48,147 nucleotides of DNA from a bacterium (GCA_031973055.1 DALYDS010000001.1:1-48147); one strand, 5' to 3'; counted from the stretch's first letter, positions 16,581-27,157 are shown. Translations and numbers: made by a program. The notes: a model not told the origin generated them from the letters alone.

Positions 16581-17336
16581 ATGAACAAAACTATTATCGT
16601 CAAAGTCGGCACAGAATCTCTCGCAAATTTTCACACGAGCGTAAAAGTAGGCAATATGGTCAGAGATATAGCTCGACTTATGCGAGAAAAAATCCGCGTC
16701 GTACTGATATCTTCTGGAGCAGTCGGATGTGGCAAGGAAATACTCTGATGAGACAAAAATAACCAAGTATATGCTAGTGTGGGACAACCAGTGCTGATGG
16801 GGCGTTATGCAGAGAAATTTCAAAAGCGAAAAATCGTCACAGCGCAAATTCTCCCAACTCATGCTACGCTCGAAGATATAGAGAGTCATCGAACTCAATT
16901 TATACGCACGGTCAACGATATTATCGAGGCTGGAGTACTCCCAATTATCAACGAAAACGATGCACTCTCGACCGCAGAAATGCAAGCCCTAGGAAGAGGC
17001 GCTGATAACGATCAAAATGCTCTCCTCATAGCCCGTATACTCGGAGCAACAGACATCATCCTCCTTACAAATACTAACGGTGTTTATCGTGATAAAAATG
17101 ATAGTTCTTCGAGAATAAAAATACTCAGAGCTAAAACAATTACCGACGAATGGATACATCGAGTTTGTGGGGGGAAATCGGCGAGCTGAACTGGTGGCAT
17201 GCAGTCAAAAGTAATCATTGGAAGAGAATTTGCGAAAAATGGTGGAGTGACACATGTGTGTGATGGTATACATTCGACGGTCTACGAGCACGCTCTGGGG
17301 AGAGATATTCACGGTGGAACTCATATAAAAGTATAA
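16581..17336 (+). CDS. proB: glutamate 5-kinase (short form, no PUA domain)
   Basis: MNKTIIVKVGTESL..., ISSGAVGCGKEIL[G][G], ASVGQPVLMGRY, INENDALST, S[G]TGGMQSKV. 251 aa with 3 in-frame UGA. TAA at 17334-17336. Confidence 0.85.
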
Positions 17337-17372
17337 ATTTACATTCATATTCTTTGCGATACAATCCTCCCG

Positions 17373-17855
17373 ATGAATACATTTGTCACTACAACTGATA
17401 AAGACGGTGGAACTCACGAGGTAGCTATTGCTGACCTTGTCTGGAGACCTGCTGCATACGGAATTATTATCCAAGAAGGTAAGATTTTAATGGTGCCACA
17501 ATGGGATGGTTACGACCTCCCTGGTGGTGGTATAGATATCGAAGAATTAGGAGAAAAAGCAGTCGTTCGTGAGGTAAAAGAAGAAACTGGCTTGGACGTC
17601 ATAGTTGATACACTGATAGCTACTCGTGAGAGCTTTTTTACTTTCAGGAAAAAAGGAAAACACACGCACTCTATTGCGTTCTACTATACTGCTCACGTTG
17701 TTGGTGGGGAGCTCTCTGAAGAGGGTTTTGTCGGTGGCGAAAAAGAATATATGCATCTGGCTGAGTGGATACCATTGGAGAAATTCCACGAACTCACGAT
17801 ATATAGCTCGATTGATATCAAGCCAATTATCTTAAGTCTCATCTCTAACACCTAA
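17373..17855 (+). CDS. Nudix hydrolase
   Basis: Nudix box GGGIDIEELGEKAVVREVKEETGLDV. 160-aa ORF ending at TAA. Confidence 0.85.
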   Translation: MNTFVTTTDKDGGTHEVAIADLVWRPAAYGIIIQEGKILMVPQWDGYDLPGGGIDIEELGEKAVVREVKEETGLDVIVDTLIATRESFFTFRKKGKHTHSIAFYYTAHVVGGELSEEGFVGGEKEYMHLAEWIPLEKFHELTIYSSIDIKPIILSLISNT

Positions 17856-17866
17856 TTCTCTTTTCT

Positions 17867-18577
17867 ATGTTCTCATTCTTCAAAAAATCACACGAAGCAA
17901 CTCCACAAGAGACGAAGCTCGTCATCCTCGTCGCACTCTATATATTCTGCGTCATCATGACTGAGACACTCGGCGTAAAAACATCTCCAGTTGGAAACAT
18001 TTCGCTCCACTTCGGACCAATAAATATTCCGCAGTTGAAAGTTTCTATGGCTATATTTTTTATTCCTTTTATTTATTGCATCAATGACGTATTAGCACAG
18101 GTCTGGGGGTACAAAACAGCCCGAACAGTTTACCGTATTTCACTCTTTTCTATTGTTGGTCTCGCTTTTTTCTCATGGCTCAGCACATCTTTGCCTGCCA
18201 GTATGATTTTTGTCGATAAAGAAGCAGCTTTTGATACGATTTTTGGTCAGACACTCCGTTTCTCTCTCGCCAGCATCGCAGCATTCGCTGTCTCGGATAT
18301 ACTCGACGTGATTATATTTTGCCGTCTTCGTGATAAATTAAAATGAAAATCGCTCTGGCTCTCAACGAACCTCTCCAATTTTATCTCTCAAGGAATTGAT
18401 GGCGCCCTCTTCGTCTATCTCGCGATGTATACTCCTGGAACAGAATCATTCTGGGCTGGTAATCACGCATTTATGTGGTGAGTTATTCTGCCATATTGGG
18501 TATTCCGATGCTGCATGAGTATCTTTGCGACACCTCTCGTCTACGCAGGAGTAAAATGGGCAAAAGGCTCAAAATAA
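17867..18577 (+). CDS. yhhQ: queuosine-precursor transporter family (YhhQ/DUF165, VUT family)
   Basis: Multi-pass membrane protein with ...IPFIYCINDVLAQVWGYKTAR... and ...SQGIDGALFV... The track ORF 17867-18346 is extended through 2 UGA to TAA 18575-18577 (236 aa). Confidence 0.65.
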
Positions 18578-18593
18578 ATAATCGTCTCAATAA

Positions 18594-18621
18594 TTGACAA
18601 TATAATAATTATATTTAATAT
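18594..18621 (+). promoter_or_regulatory. promoter with leaderless geometry
   Basis: TTGACA (18594-18599) -N16- TAATAT (18616-18621). ATG at 18629 lies 7 nt downstream. Confidence 0.5.
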
Positions 18622-18628
18622 AAATATA

Positions 18629-19162
18629 ATGGATGTAAATTTGGAACATTTGGAAAAAGTGTATGATGCTTTGGTAAACTCAGATTTGCTCGCTACCATT
18701 GATGAACAAACATGAACTAGCCGAAGTAGTATAGAATTCCCTTACGTAAAATGTGACACCTCATCTCTGATAGTGCGTGTATGTTTTGGATATGAAATAA
18801 TTATGGGGACATACTCTCATCCGTCTGAAGCAAGTTTTGTAGACTATCGCTCAAGGATTATGAAACATGTTGATAAAAAAGACCGTGCACAAGATATTGA
18901 TGCCTATTTCATGGGAAATTCTTTTAGGAGTGAATTTTTCCACATGTATCATTACTTCAATTATGACCCCTCTAACAAACAATTTATCGATTTTACATAC
19001 GGACAATATGATCCTCAGGTAAGGATATATACAAATTCAAATCCACCTCCCCATCTTTCAGCCATAAGTAATGTCAAAAAAACTTATAGAGAAGAATGAC
19101 AACCTCAGGTTCGAGAAATAATCCGCAATATTTGTTCTGACCGTTGATTAATATGAAAGTAA
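18629..19162 (+). CDS. hypothetical protein (177 aa)
   Basis: ATG 18629. Same frame as track ORF 18773-19099, joined and extended through UGA codons to TAA 19160-19162. No recognised motif. Confidence 0.5.
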
Positions 19163-19392
19163 CAGTGCACGTCAAACCAGGAAGCAGGAAAGAATCTATC
19201 GATTGGGTGGAGAATTTATTCTGAGAAAAGACTCTCGTTGTGAAAATACGTGAAAAACCTGTCGATGGCGAAGCAAATCGTGGGCTAATTGAAGCTCTCT
19301 CGGAATTTTTCGACGTGCCAAAATCACATATCTCCATACTCCATGGACATACATCGAGAGAGAAGGTGGTGGAGATTGCAACAAAAGAATAA
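19153..19392 (+). CDS. DUF167 (YggU-like, UPF0235) protein
   Basis: MKVTVHVKPGSRKESIDW...VVKIREKPVDGEANRGLIEALSEFFDVPKSHISILHGHTSREKVVEI is the canonical YggU pattern. One UGA. Overlaps the upstream gene by 10 nt. Confidence 0.75.
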
Positions 19393-19473
19393 TATCTCTA
19401 TAGGCAAGACCTATAAAATTCATAAACCATGGTTGATGTTTATAATGATTCAGCTATTTCTTAATACTCTCCC

Positions 19474-20250
19474 ATGAATTCATTTCTCAAAAACCTCCTC
19501 GGACTCGCCCTCATCATCTCCCTCGGCGGTGCTCTCTATCTCGGCTTCCTCATAACCAAGACCTACGATAGATCGAGTGAGCCATCGAATTTCCGCAGCT
19601 TCACAGTCCAGGGTGATGGTAAAGCGGTCGGAGTACCTGATGTGGCTAGTTTCTCATTTGATGTTATCACTGAGGGCGACACTGACCTTGCAACACTGCA
19701 ATCCAAGAATGCAGAAAAGATGAACAAAGCCATCGAATTTGTCACCAAACAAGGTATCGATAAAAAAGATATCAAAACGGCTCAATACAGCATCCAGCCT
19801 CGTTATGAAAATATCGTCTGTGATTATAGCATCAAAGGTGGCATCTGTCCTCCTCCGAAAATCGACGGATACACTATCCAGCAATCTGTTTCTCTCAAAA
19901 TACGTGATTTCAAGAAGATAAGTGATTTACTCTCGGGCGTGGTCAAAAATGGTGCTAACACTGTCTCAAATCTCCAATTCGCTATCGACGATTCGACTGC
20001 ACTCGAAAATACTGCCCGCGCTGAAGCCATCAAAAAAGCTCAAGAAAAAGCGCAGAGTACAGCCAAGGCTGCTGGGTTCACCCTCGGACGACTCCTCGAA
20101 ATCAGCGAAAGTTTCTCTTCTCCATACAATCAACCACGAGTCTATATGGAATCAAAAGCTATAGCAGCAGACAGTTCTATCGCTCCAACGATTGAAGCAG
20201 GATCACAGGAAGTGACGATTCAAATCAATCTCAAATACGAAATAAACTAA
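19474..20250 (+). CDS. SIMPL-domain (DUF541) periplasmic/envelope protein
   Basis: N-terminal transmembrane or signal segment, then ...FTVQGDGKAVGVPDVASFSFDV...DIKTAQYSIQPRY...TARAEAIKKAQEKAQSTAKAAG... Confidence 0.75.
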   Translation: MNSFLKNLLGLALIISLGGALYLGFLITKTYDRSSEPSNFRSFTVQGDGKAVGVPDVASFSFDVITEGDTDLATLQSKNAEKMNKAIEFVTKQGIDKKDIKTAQYSIQPRYENIVCDYSIKGGICPPPKIDGYTIQQSVSLKIRDFKKISDLLSGVVKNGANTVSNLQFAIDDSTALENTARAEAIKKAQEKAQSTAKAAGFTLGRLLEISESFSSPYNQPRVYMESKAIAADSSIAPTIEAGSQEVTIQINLKYEIN

Positions 20251-20265
20251 GAATTATTTTTCGTC

Positions 20266-20295
20266 AAAAAAACCTCTGAGAAATCAGAGGTTTTT
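20266..20295. terminator. bidirectional intrinsic terminator shared by the SIMPL gene (+) and ybeY (-)
   Basis: AAAAAAA-CCTCTGA-gaaa-TCAGAGG-TTTTT. Confidence 0.75.
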
Positions 20296-20719
20296 ATTTG
20301 AGGTGTTGTTGAATTTTCATTTCCACCTTTTCCATCTCCTGCCAGTCAGCTTCATTTTCATGATCATATCCCATAAGATGGGTGAGTCCGTGGATGATGA
20401 TATACTCGAGTTGTTCTTTGTAGGTCTTTCAAGATTCTTTTGCATAGAGCTTGATTTTGTCGAGACAGAGATATATCTCGCCAGCTGTATCATTTTTTTT
20501 GAGTGAAGAAGAATAGTAAGAAAAAGTGAGGATATCCGTCGGACCAGTTTTCCCACGAAACTTCTCATTCATTTGAGCCATTTCTTCTGCACCTATCACA
20601 ATGAGATTGATAATTCCCTGCTGTGGTTTTTTCACAACTATCTCAAGTGCCTGAAGAGCTCGTGAGCAATAGTCGTGAGAGAGAATTTTTGGAATTTTGA
20701 AATATTGGAATTGAAACAT
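20294..20719 (-). CDS. ybeY: endoribonuclease YbeY (rRNA maturation factor)
   Basis: HGLTHLMGYDHENE zinc-binding motif. The track ORF is joined through UGA 20429. Start taken at MFQFQYFKIP (20717-20719), 1 nt after the upstream gene's stop. Confidence 0.8.
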
Positions 20720-20720
20720 A

Positions 20721-22661
20721 CTACGGGTAAAAATGCCGGTAAAGAACCTGTGATGGATCTCGCACAATCACTCTCGTATTACGGAGTCCTGGCTGTTTAT
20801 AAAAATATGTCTCATCTGTGCAATACTTCTCAGGGAGTGTATATTCGAGCGTAAATAATGATGTCGTATCTGGTCGAGTCGTATAGTATCAGTGGATAGT
20901 AGTATAGAGTGTGTTGTTATCTACAACACCGAAATTACTTCATCCCTTCGAGCGTTTGAACTGTGTCCCTGGAGGCAGTACGAATCGGAGGTACTGAATA
21001 TTATCTCCTTGTCCTTGAATAAAAAAGAGAGTTGAAAGATTTTCAATGACTCAGAGCTCTGCAGCATATTTTTTGACACGAGCTTCTTCGATGAGATCAA
21101 ACCAATGTTTCTGAGTGAGACGAAGTGTGCGGTCACATCGATTCGTGTGTTCTATGTCAAATGTTCGCTCCATAAATCTATCTGATTTGTTTTTGGAAAT
21201 AGACGTAAAAATCGGATATACCCAATCTCTCGTTTGTCCTTTCCATTGATCAAAAATACCGAGGTCATCAATGGCAGCCTGTATATCTGGATGTTTCGAA
21301 CCAATGGCGATTTCACCAGAGAGCAGATGTGATACAAAAATTGTGAGTGCCTGTTTTTCTTTTTGTGATTGGTGGAGCGATTGAACTATGGTAGCTGCGA
21401 GCTCTTTGACTGTTCATTTTGGTGTATCGGTAATAGTTTTTTTGGCTTCGACCAGAATAGAGAGGATAGCATTTACATTTGTATGATCGAGAGCAATTGG
21501 CACTCACGAAATATGAATAGGCTCTACGAGCCTGATGATATCTTCGAGGAGTTTCTGATTAATACCAACCACGACATCGACTTTACCTATGCCGGCGATT
21601 TGCGCCAATTCATCGATTTTTCGAGCACTCTCTGCGAAAAGCGGATAATAGTTCGCATCGCGCATCTCGAATTCTACTGGCTTCCCTGGATAATCGATTG
21701 ATTTGAAACGATCAATACCTGGTGGAGATGGACGATAGCCTGTGAGCTTATAATCGAGAGCATAGATATCATGAAATGAGAGATGGACCATGCGGCCCTC
21801 GTCCCACTCCATCACAAAAGCTGTTCCAGGAAAACCGCCTCCAGCTCTGAGTTCGTCACTATTTTGATTGAGAAACAGTATTCGCATGGGGCCTTGAGCT
21901 CCGAGAACCTTGAACCATATATCACGATTTTGGATGAGAGCAGCAAAACTCGTCAGAGAATTTTCTCATCGGGTCATAAGGTCTGGATTGAGAGCTCAGA
22001 GCCTCTGGAGCGCTGGTGAGAGTCATTGAAATACCCCCTGAATATCACCTAGACCCTCGAAAATGCTCTCTAAAATTGGGAAAATACTAACCTCTTCTCT
22101 TTGTTTTGTCCAAAGCAATACCTGTGGCTGAAGAGCAAGAATTCCATCAGTACTATCAGCAACATCCCTCAATCATCTCAAAATTTTCCCATAACTCGCT
22201 AGTGGCTCCAGGGGAAATATTGGATTTTCAGCAACAACTCAGAGGACTTGGTAATCTCTCCACAAATTATCGAGAAGATGTCACATACGAGGACTCGCGA
22301 TGTCTACGTCGGAACTATAAAACAGTGCTCGTACATTATTCTCTGTCCTCACAACAAAACCAATTCCATACACTACATAGCTCAGGAAAAGTATCAAAAT
22401 GATTAAGCTCCATCGTCATAGTGTCATCTCCGTTAACGTATTCCATCCTCGTAAGAGAATTTTTTCGAGAAATTGCGATATGTTATGTCCTGTCCACTGA
22501 AATCGAGAAGATGTACCTGATACGGAATCAATGGAAACAGTTTGTGAACGTCTCCCTATATCTTTGTGAATTTTTTTTCCAGAATGACTCACAGAAATAC
22601 CAGAACCACTGAGCGTGGTGGACGATTTTTTTCAACGAAAGAGGGCATCAAATAATTTCAT
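20721..22661 (-). CDS. DUF4012-domain envelope protein (646 aa)
   Basis: Single table-25 frame from ATG 22659-22661 to TAG 20721-20723 with more than 15 UGA. N-terminal transmembrane helix WSLIILILFLSYVVYGIGFVV. Core FLNQNSDELRAGGGFPGTAFVMEWDEGRMVHLSFHDIYALD is typical of DUF4012. The track shows only 21504-21887. Confidence 0.7.
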
Positions 22662-22811
22662 TCTGAGAAAGTATAGGAAAAGTTATAAAAAAGAAATTTT
22701 CTCCGTCGAATACAATTGCATTATTTTCTTGACAATAAAAGACTTTCCATAAGATATCGACCAAGAAAAGACAGAGTGTCTCCTGGCTTTTTGTGTTTTT
22801 TTATTTTACCT

Positions 22812-23087
22812 ATGCCTATTCTCCGCTCTGCTAAAAAGCAGCTCCGACAAAACGAAACTCACCGTCTTCGCAATAATCATTTCCGTGATCTTTTCCGTGA
22901 AGCACGTGTTGGATTTGAACGTCTCATCAATGCTGAAAAAGTCGAAGAAGCAATCGCTGCTTTCCCAAAACTCCAAAAAATCATCGATACTCTCGCTAAG
23001 AAAAAAATCATCGAAAAAAATACTGCGGCACGACGCAAGTCTCGCTTCTCTGGCATGATTGCCAAACTCCAGCCTTACCAGAAATAA
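22812..23087 (+). CDS. rpsT: 30S ribosomal protein S20
   Basis: MPILRSAKKQLRQNETHRLRNNHFR... Start taken at ATG 22812 inside the longer track ORF. Confidence 0.85.
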   Translation: MPILRSAKKQLRQNETHRLRNNHFRDLFREARVGFERLINAEKVEEAIAAFPKLQKIIDTLAKKKIIEKNTAARRKSRFSGMIAKLQPYQK

Positions 23088-23090
23088 TCA

Positions 23091-23642
23091 ATGTACCCTC
23101 CTAAAAAGAGAATCAATGAGCAAATCATTGCTCAAAAAATACAGGTCATTTCAGAAGAAGGAGAACAGCTCGGCACCATGTCACTCCATGAGGCCCTCTC
23201 TCTCGCTCGAGAACAAGATCTCGATCTCGTAGAAGTCGCTGAGAGAAATGGAGTTGTTGTTGCTAAAATCATCAACTGGCAAAAACACCTCTTCATAGAA
23301 AAAAAGAAAAAGACACAATCAGCATCAAAGAAAGTAGAACTCAAAACTCTACGTCTGAGTTACGCAATCGGAGAACACGATATGGAGATACGCCGCAACC
23401 AAGCAGAAAAGTTTGCAAAAGATGGACATATTCTTAGGATAGAGCTACCTCTACGGTGACGTGAGATGCGCTTCCAAGACATTGCTCGAGTCAAACTCCA
23501 ATCCTTCGTTGACAGCATCGCCAAAATATACAAAATCGACGGACCAATCAAATTCATGGGTCGACGATTCAATATACAACTTCACCCTTTAACCTCTTCA
23601 TCATGAAAGCAAAAACCCACTCAGGAAGCAAAAAGCGCATAA
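23091..23642 (+). CDS. infC: translation initiation factor IF-3
   Basis: ...INEQIIAQKIQVISEEGEQLGTMSLHEALSLAREQDLDLVEV... and LPLR[G]REMRF... In table 25 the frame also passes the TGA of the ATGA junction with rpmI and ends at TAA 23640-23642. Confidence 0.85.
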
Positions 23643-23989
23643 AAGTAACTGGTACTGGTAAATTCCGTACTGGTAAAATCGGTAAACGCCATTTATTGAA
23701 AAATAAATCTGCTAAATCAAAAGGCAAAGGCAAATACGGCTACGCTACTCATATCGCTAATGAGCGAAAGATGAAGGCTGCTATGCAGGTGCAAGGTCTC
23801 CGTACTCCTCGCAACAAAAAAACAATCCTCAACAAAACAGCTGACGGACGCATCATCAAAGCTCCTCGTGTAGCACCAAAGATAAAAATAGTTGCACCTA
23901 AGGCTGTCAAAGTTTCTGCTGCTAAATCTGCTCCAAAAGCAGCTCCTAAAAAGGCTCCTGCTAAAAAGACAGCTGCTAAGAAAAAATAA
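23603..23989 (+). CDS. rpmI: 50S ribosomal protein L35 with a roughly 60-aa Lys/Ala/Pro-rich C-terminal extension
   Basis: MKAKTHSGSKKRIKVTGTGKFRTGKIGKRHLL (L35 core), then ...APKIKIVAPKAVKVSAAKSAPKAAPKKAPAKKTAAKKK. Confidence 0.85.
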   Translation: MKAKTHSGSKKRIKVTGTGKFRTGKIGKRHLLKNKSAKSKGKGKYGYATHIANERKMKAAMQVQGLRTPRNKKTILNKTADGRIIKAPRVAPKIKIVAPKAVKVSAAKSAPKAAPKKAPAKKTAAKKK

Positions 23990-24043
23990 ACTAGACTATT
24001 TCAAAAAGTTATTATAATCCCTTTCACTTACTAAAATTATCGT

Positions 24044-24388
24044 ATGGTACGCGTCAAACGAGGTCTCATGACCAAAAAACGACATAAAAGTGTTCTCAAA
24101 CTCGCAAAAGGATACCGAGGTGTTCGTTCTAGTGCATTCAAACATGCTAAAATCGCTACAATGAAGGCTGGTCTCAATGCTTACAAAGATCGTCGCCGTA
24201 AGAAGCGTGATTTCCGCAAGCTCTGGACTATCCGTCTCAATGCTGCAGTTCGCCCTCTCGGTCTCACATACAGCAAGTTTATCCACAGCATGTATCTCAA
24301 GCACGTGAAACTCAATCGTAAAGTTCTCTCAAATCTCGCTATCGCAAATCCAGCTATTTTTGCTGATGTCGTGAAATTTGTAAAATAG
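24044..24388 (+). CDS. rplT: 50S ribosomal protein L20
   Basis: MVRVKRGLMTKKRHKSVLKLAKGYRG...RRKKRDFRKLWITRLNAA-type sequence. Confidence 0.9.
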   Translation: MVRVKRGLMTKKRHKSVLKLAKGYRGVRSSAFKHAKIATMKAGLNAYKDRRRKKRDFRKLWTIRLNAAVRPLGLTYSKFIHSMYLKHVKLNRKVLSNLAIANPAIFADVVKFVK

Positions 24389-24411
24389 TTCTTTCGTCTC
24401 AAAGCTATACG

Positions 24412-24434
24412 CCCTCCACTTTGGAGGGTTTTTT
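24412..24434 (+). terminator. intrinsic terminator after rplT
   Basis: CCCTCCA-ctt-TGGAGGG followed by TTTTTT. Confidence 0.8.
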
Positions 24435-24469
24435 ATTGGTTTTTAGCTTCTCTTACTATAATAACCATC

Positions 24470-26200
24470 ATGATATTACCCCTTGGAGAAAATATTGTTG
24501 AAACAAAGAAATGTCGCCTAACAGGCAAAGAGTTTGTGGTGACCGATAGAGATAGGGATTTTATAGATAAAGTCTCGCCTATTTTTTGTGGAAAGAAATA
24601 TGAAATTCCTTCACCCTCACTCTGCCCTGAAGAGAGAATGAAAAGAAGGCTTGCTTTTCGAAATCCAAGAAGTGTTTATCTTAGAAAAAGTGATGCAACT
24701 GGTGAAACAATGTTTAGCCAATATGCTCCCAATAAACCTTATCCTGTATATGATAATGAAACTTTTTACAGTGATACATGGACCCCTAGTACTTTTGGAA
24801 AATTTTTTGACATGAATAAATCCTTTCATGAACAATTTCTCGAACTCAATAATTCAGTCCCTCATTTTGCTCGATCTGTGAGCAATCTCATAAATTCAGA
24901 TTACTGTAGTAGTTGTAATGACCTCAAGGATTGCTATCTTTGCTCTAACGGATGAAACTCAGAAAAGATGATTTACAACAACTGATTTAAGAGATGCTTT
25001 GGATGCATAGACTCAACACTTCTCATTGATTCACGAAATTGCTATATGTGTATAGACAGTGAGAATTGCGATTCGTGCTTCTATTCACAAGACTGTAGTC
25101 ATTGTAGTGAATGTTGGTACTGCGACGAATGCGTTGGGTGTCAGAATTGTTTTAGCTGTTCAAATTTGAGAAATAAACAGTACTGCATAGCAAATAAAAC
25201 TTATGAGAAAACAGAATATTTTAAAAAAATATCGCAAATAAAAAACACAAGCCTAGACATAGCGCATGTTGCAAAAGAGTGGTCTTCCAAGCAAATAAAA
25301 AAAGATTTGCACCTTCTCAAAACAGAAAATTCATTCTGAAACTACCTCGTCAATACCAATAACTGTTATCACTGTTTTGAATGTTCAGAATCACAAAATT
25401 TGAGATACTGCGATACAATTAAAACAGGAAATGATTGTATGGATATCTCATCATTTGGATGGCATCCGGAATGGTCCTATGAGTGCTCGAGTCTTGGACA
25501 TAATGCCAATCATATTTTGTTTTGTTTTTCAGTTCTTCAAGATGTAAAGGATATTTTTTATTCTTCGTACTGCCAAAATAGCTCTGACTGTTTTGGATGT
25601 GTCGGACTTCACTCTCATGAGCATCACTGCATATTCAATAAACCTTATTCCATCGCCGAATACGAACAATTGTGTGGCCACATCATAGACCATATGAGAT
25701 CTACAGGAGAGTGGTGAGAGTTCTTTCCTCATGAACTATCACCCTTTGGTTACAATGAGACAGTAGCTCAAGAATACTTCCCTCTGACAGAATCTGAAGT
25801 GAAGTCTCGTGGATGGAATTGGTACAATGCACCAGAGAAGTCCTTTGACGGTGGGACCCTCCAACCTCTCAGCATATCCGAGTACGATGAGAAGACTGTC
25901 TGATTCGAAGCAGCTCAGAAAAACATCGATACTCTCCTCGCATGAGTAGTGAAGTGTGAGATAACAGGAAAACCATTTAAGATTATCAAACAAGAACTCG
26001 CTTTCTACATAGAACACCATCTCCCTATTCCTACCAAACATCCAGACCAGAGACACAAAGAAAGAATGGATATGAGAAATCCACGGACACTCTTCGAACG
26101 TACGTGTGCTGAATGTCACAAAGATATCATAACTACCTATACACCAGACAGACCAGAGAGAGTAGTATGTGAAGAGTGTTATCGTAAGTTGGTTTATTAA
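24470..26200 (+). CDS. cysteine-rich repeat protein (576 aa) flanked by two homologous zinc-ribbon-like modules
   Basis: Track ORFs 24470, 25046, 25400 and 25949 are all in one frame, joined by 6 UGA. The centre is dense in C-x2-C / C-x5-C repeats (CYMCIDSENCDSCFYSQDCSHCSECWYCDECVGCQNCFSCSN). N-terminal KCRLTGKEFVV...PEERMKRRLAFRNPRSVY and C-terminal KCEITGKPFKI...PDQRHKERMDMRNPRTLFERTCAECHKDI...VCEECY are duplicated modules. Confidence 0.7.
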
Positions 26201-26214
26201 AAATAACACGCATT

Positions 26215-26463
26215 ATGAATTCTCTCGTTATACAACTCATCAAAGCCTACCAATTCCTTCTCTCACCTGACCATAGCTTCTGGGCGAGAGCTCTCGGGAA
26301 ACACCATTGTCGCTATTATCCGACCTGTAGCATGTACGGAAAAGAATGTTTCGAGAAGTTCGGATTTTTCCGTGCGACGAAACTCACTGTATGGCGCGTA
26401 CTACGCTGTAATCCTTGGTCAAAAGGCGGCCTCGACCCTGTACCGGATATAAAACACAAGTAA
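26215..26463 (+). CDS. yidD: membrane protein insertion efficiency factor YidD
   Basis: LIKAYQFLLSP...CRYYPTCSMYGKECFEKFG...RVLRCNPWSKGGLDPVP. Confidence 0.9.
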   Translation: MNSLVIQLIKAYQFLLSPDHSFWARALGKHHCRYYPTCSMYGKECFEKFGFFRATKLTVWRVLRCNPWSKGGLDPVPDIKHK

Positions 26464-26548
26464 AACGACTACAGTACAAAGAAAAAAGTGATTTTATAAA
26501 GGATTAGTTTTTGACCTGTTTGTGTATTTATTATACTATTAGCAAGTT

Positions 26549-27157
26549 ATGAATGCCCTCCAAAATCTCATCAATCTCGACATTCAGTGTCTCGAATGGA
26601 TACGAACAACCTTCACTTTGAATACTTCATGGTTTCCAACTGTTATTACTCTCTTTGCCGATAGTGAACCACTCCTCTTCAGTCTCTTGCTGATAGGGCT
26701 CTGGGGCTACGGCACAATCAAGAGAGAAAAAGGCATCAAACATGTCTCTCTGGATTTATTTTGGCACGTACTCATAGCGTTTGGCATTTACTGGATTATC
26801 AATCAACTCCTCCCGATGCGTCCGAGACCTGAGACTGTTTCAAGTTTACCAGCTCTCATTAGTCATCTCCCCGATAATTCATTTCCTTCTGGACACGCGA
26901 TGTATTTCGGTGCTTCTTGGTGGGCACTCCACAAGCTCACTCCTTGGAAACATATCACATGGTTTTTCTTTGTGGTTGGTTTTTTGACAGTTTTTACTCG
27001 CGTTATCGCTGGCATACACTATCCTCTCGATATACTCGTCGGTTTTTTTCTTGGTTGGGGAATTATGCATGGGCTTATTTCACTTCCTCATGGGAAGATA
27101 TATCAGAAATTTGCTCAAGACCTCCCTATCAAAATTATGTCATCTATCGGTCTCTAG
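26549..27157 (+). CDS. PAP2-family lipid phosphatase (undecaprenyl-diphosphatase-like)
   Basis: Multi-pass membrane protein with PAP2 motifs: ...MRPRP..., FPSGHAMYF, TRVIAGIHYPLD. Confidence 0.8.
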   Translation: MNALQNLINLDIQCLEWIRTTFTLNTSWFPTVITLFADSEPLLFSLLLIGLWGYGTIKREKGIKHVSLDLFWHVLIAFGIYWIINQLLPMRPRPETVSSLPALISHLPDNSFPSGHAMYFGASWWALHKLTPWKHITWFFFVVGFLTVFTRVIAGIHYPLDILVGFFLGWGIMHGLISLPHGKIYQKFAQDLPIKIMSSIGL

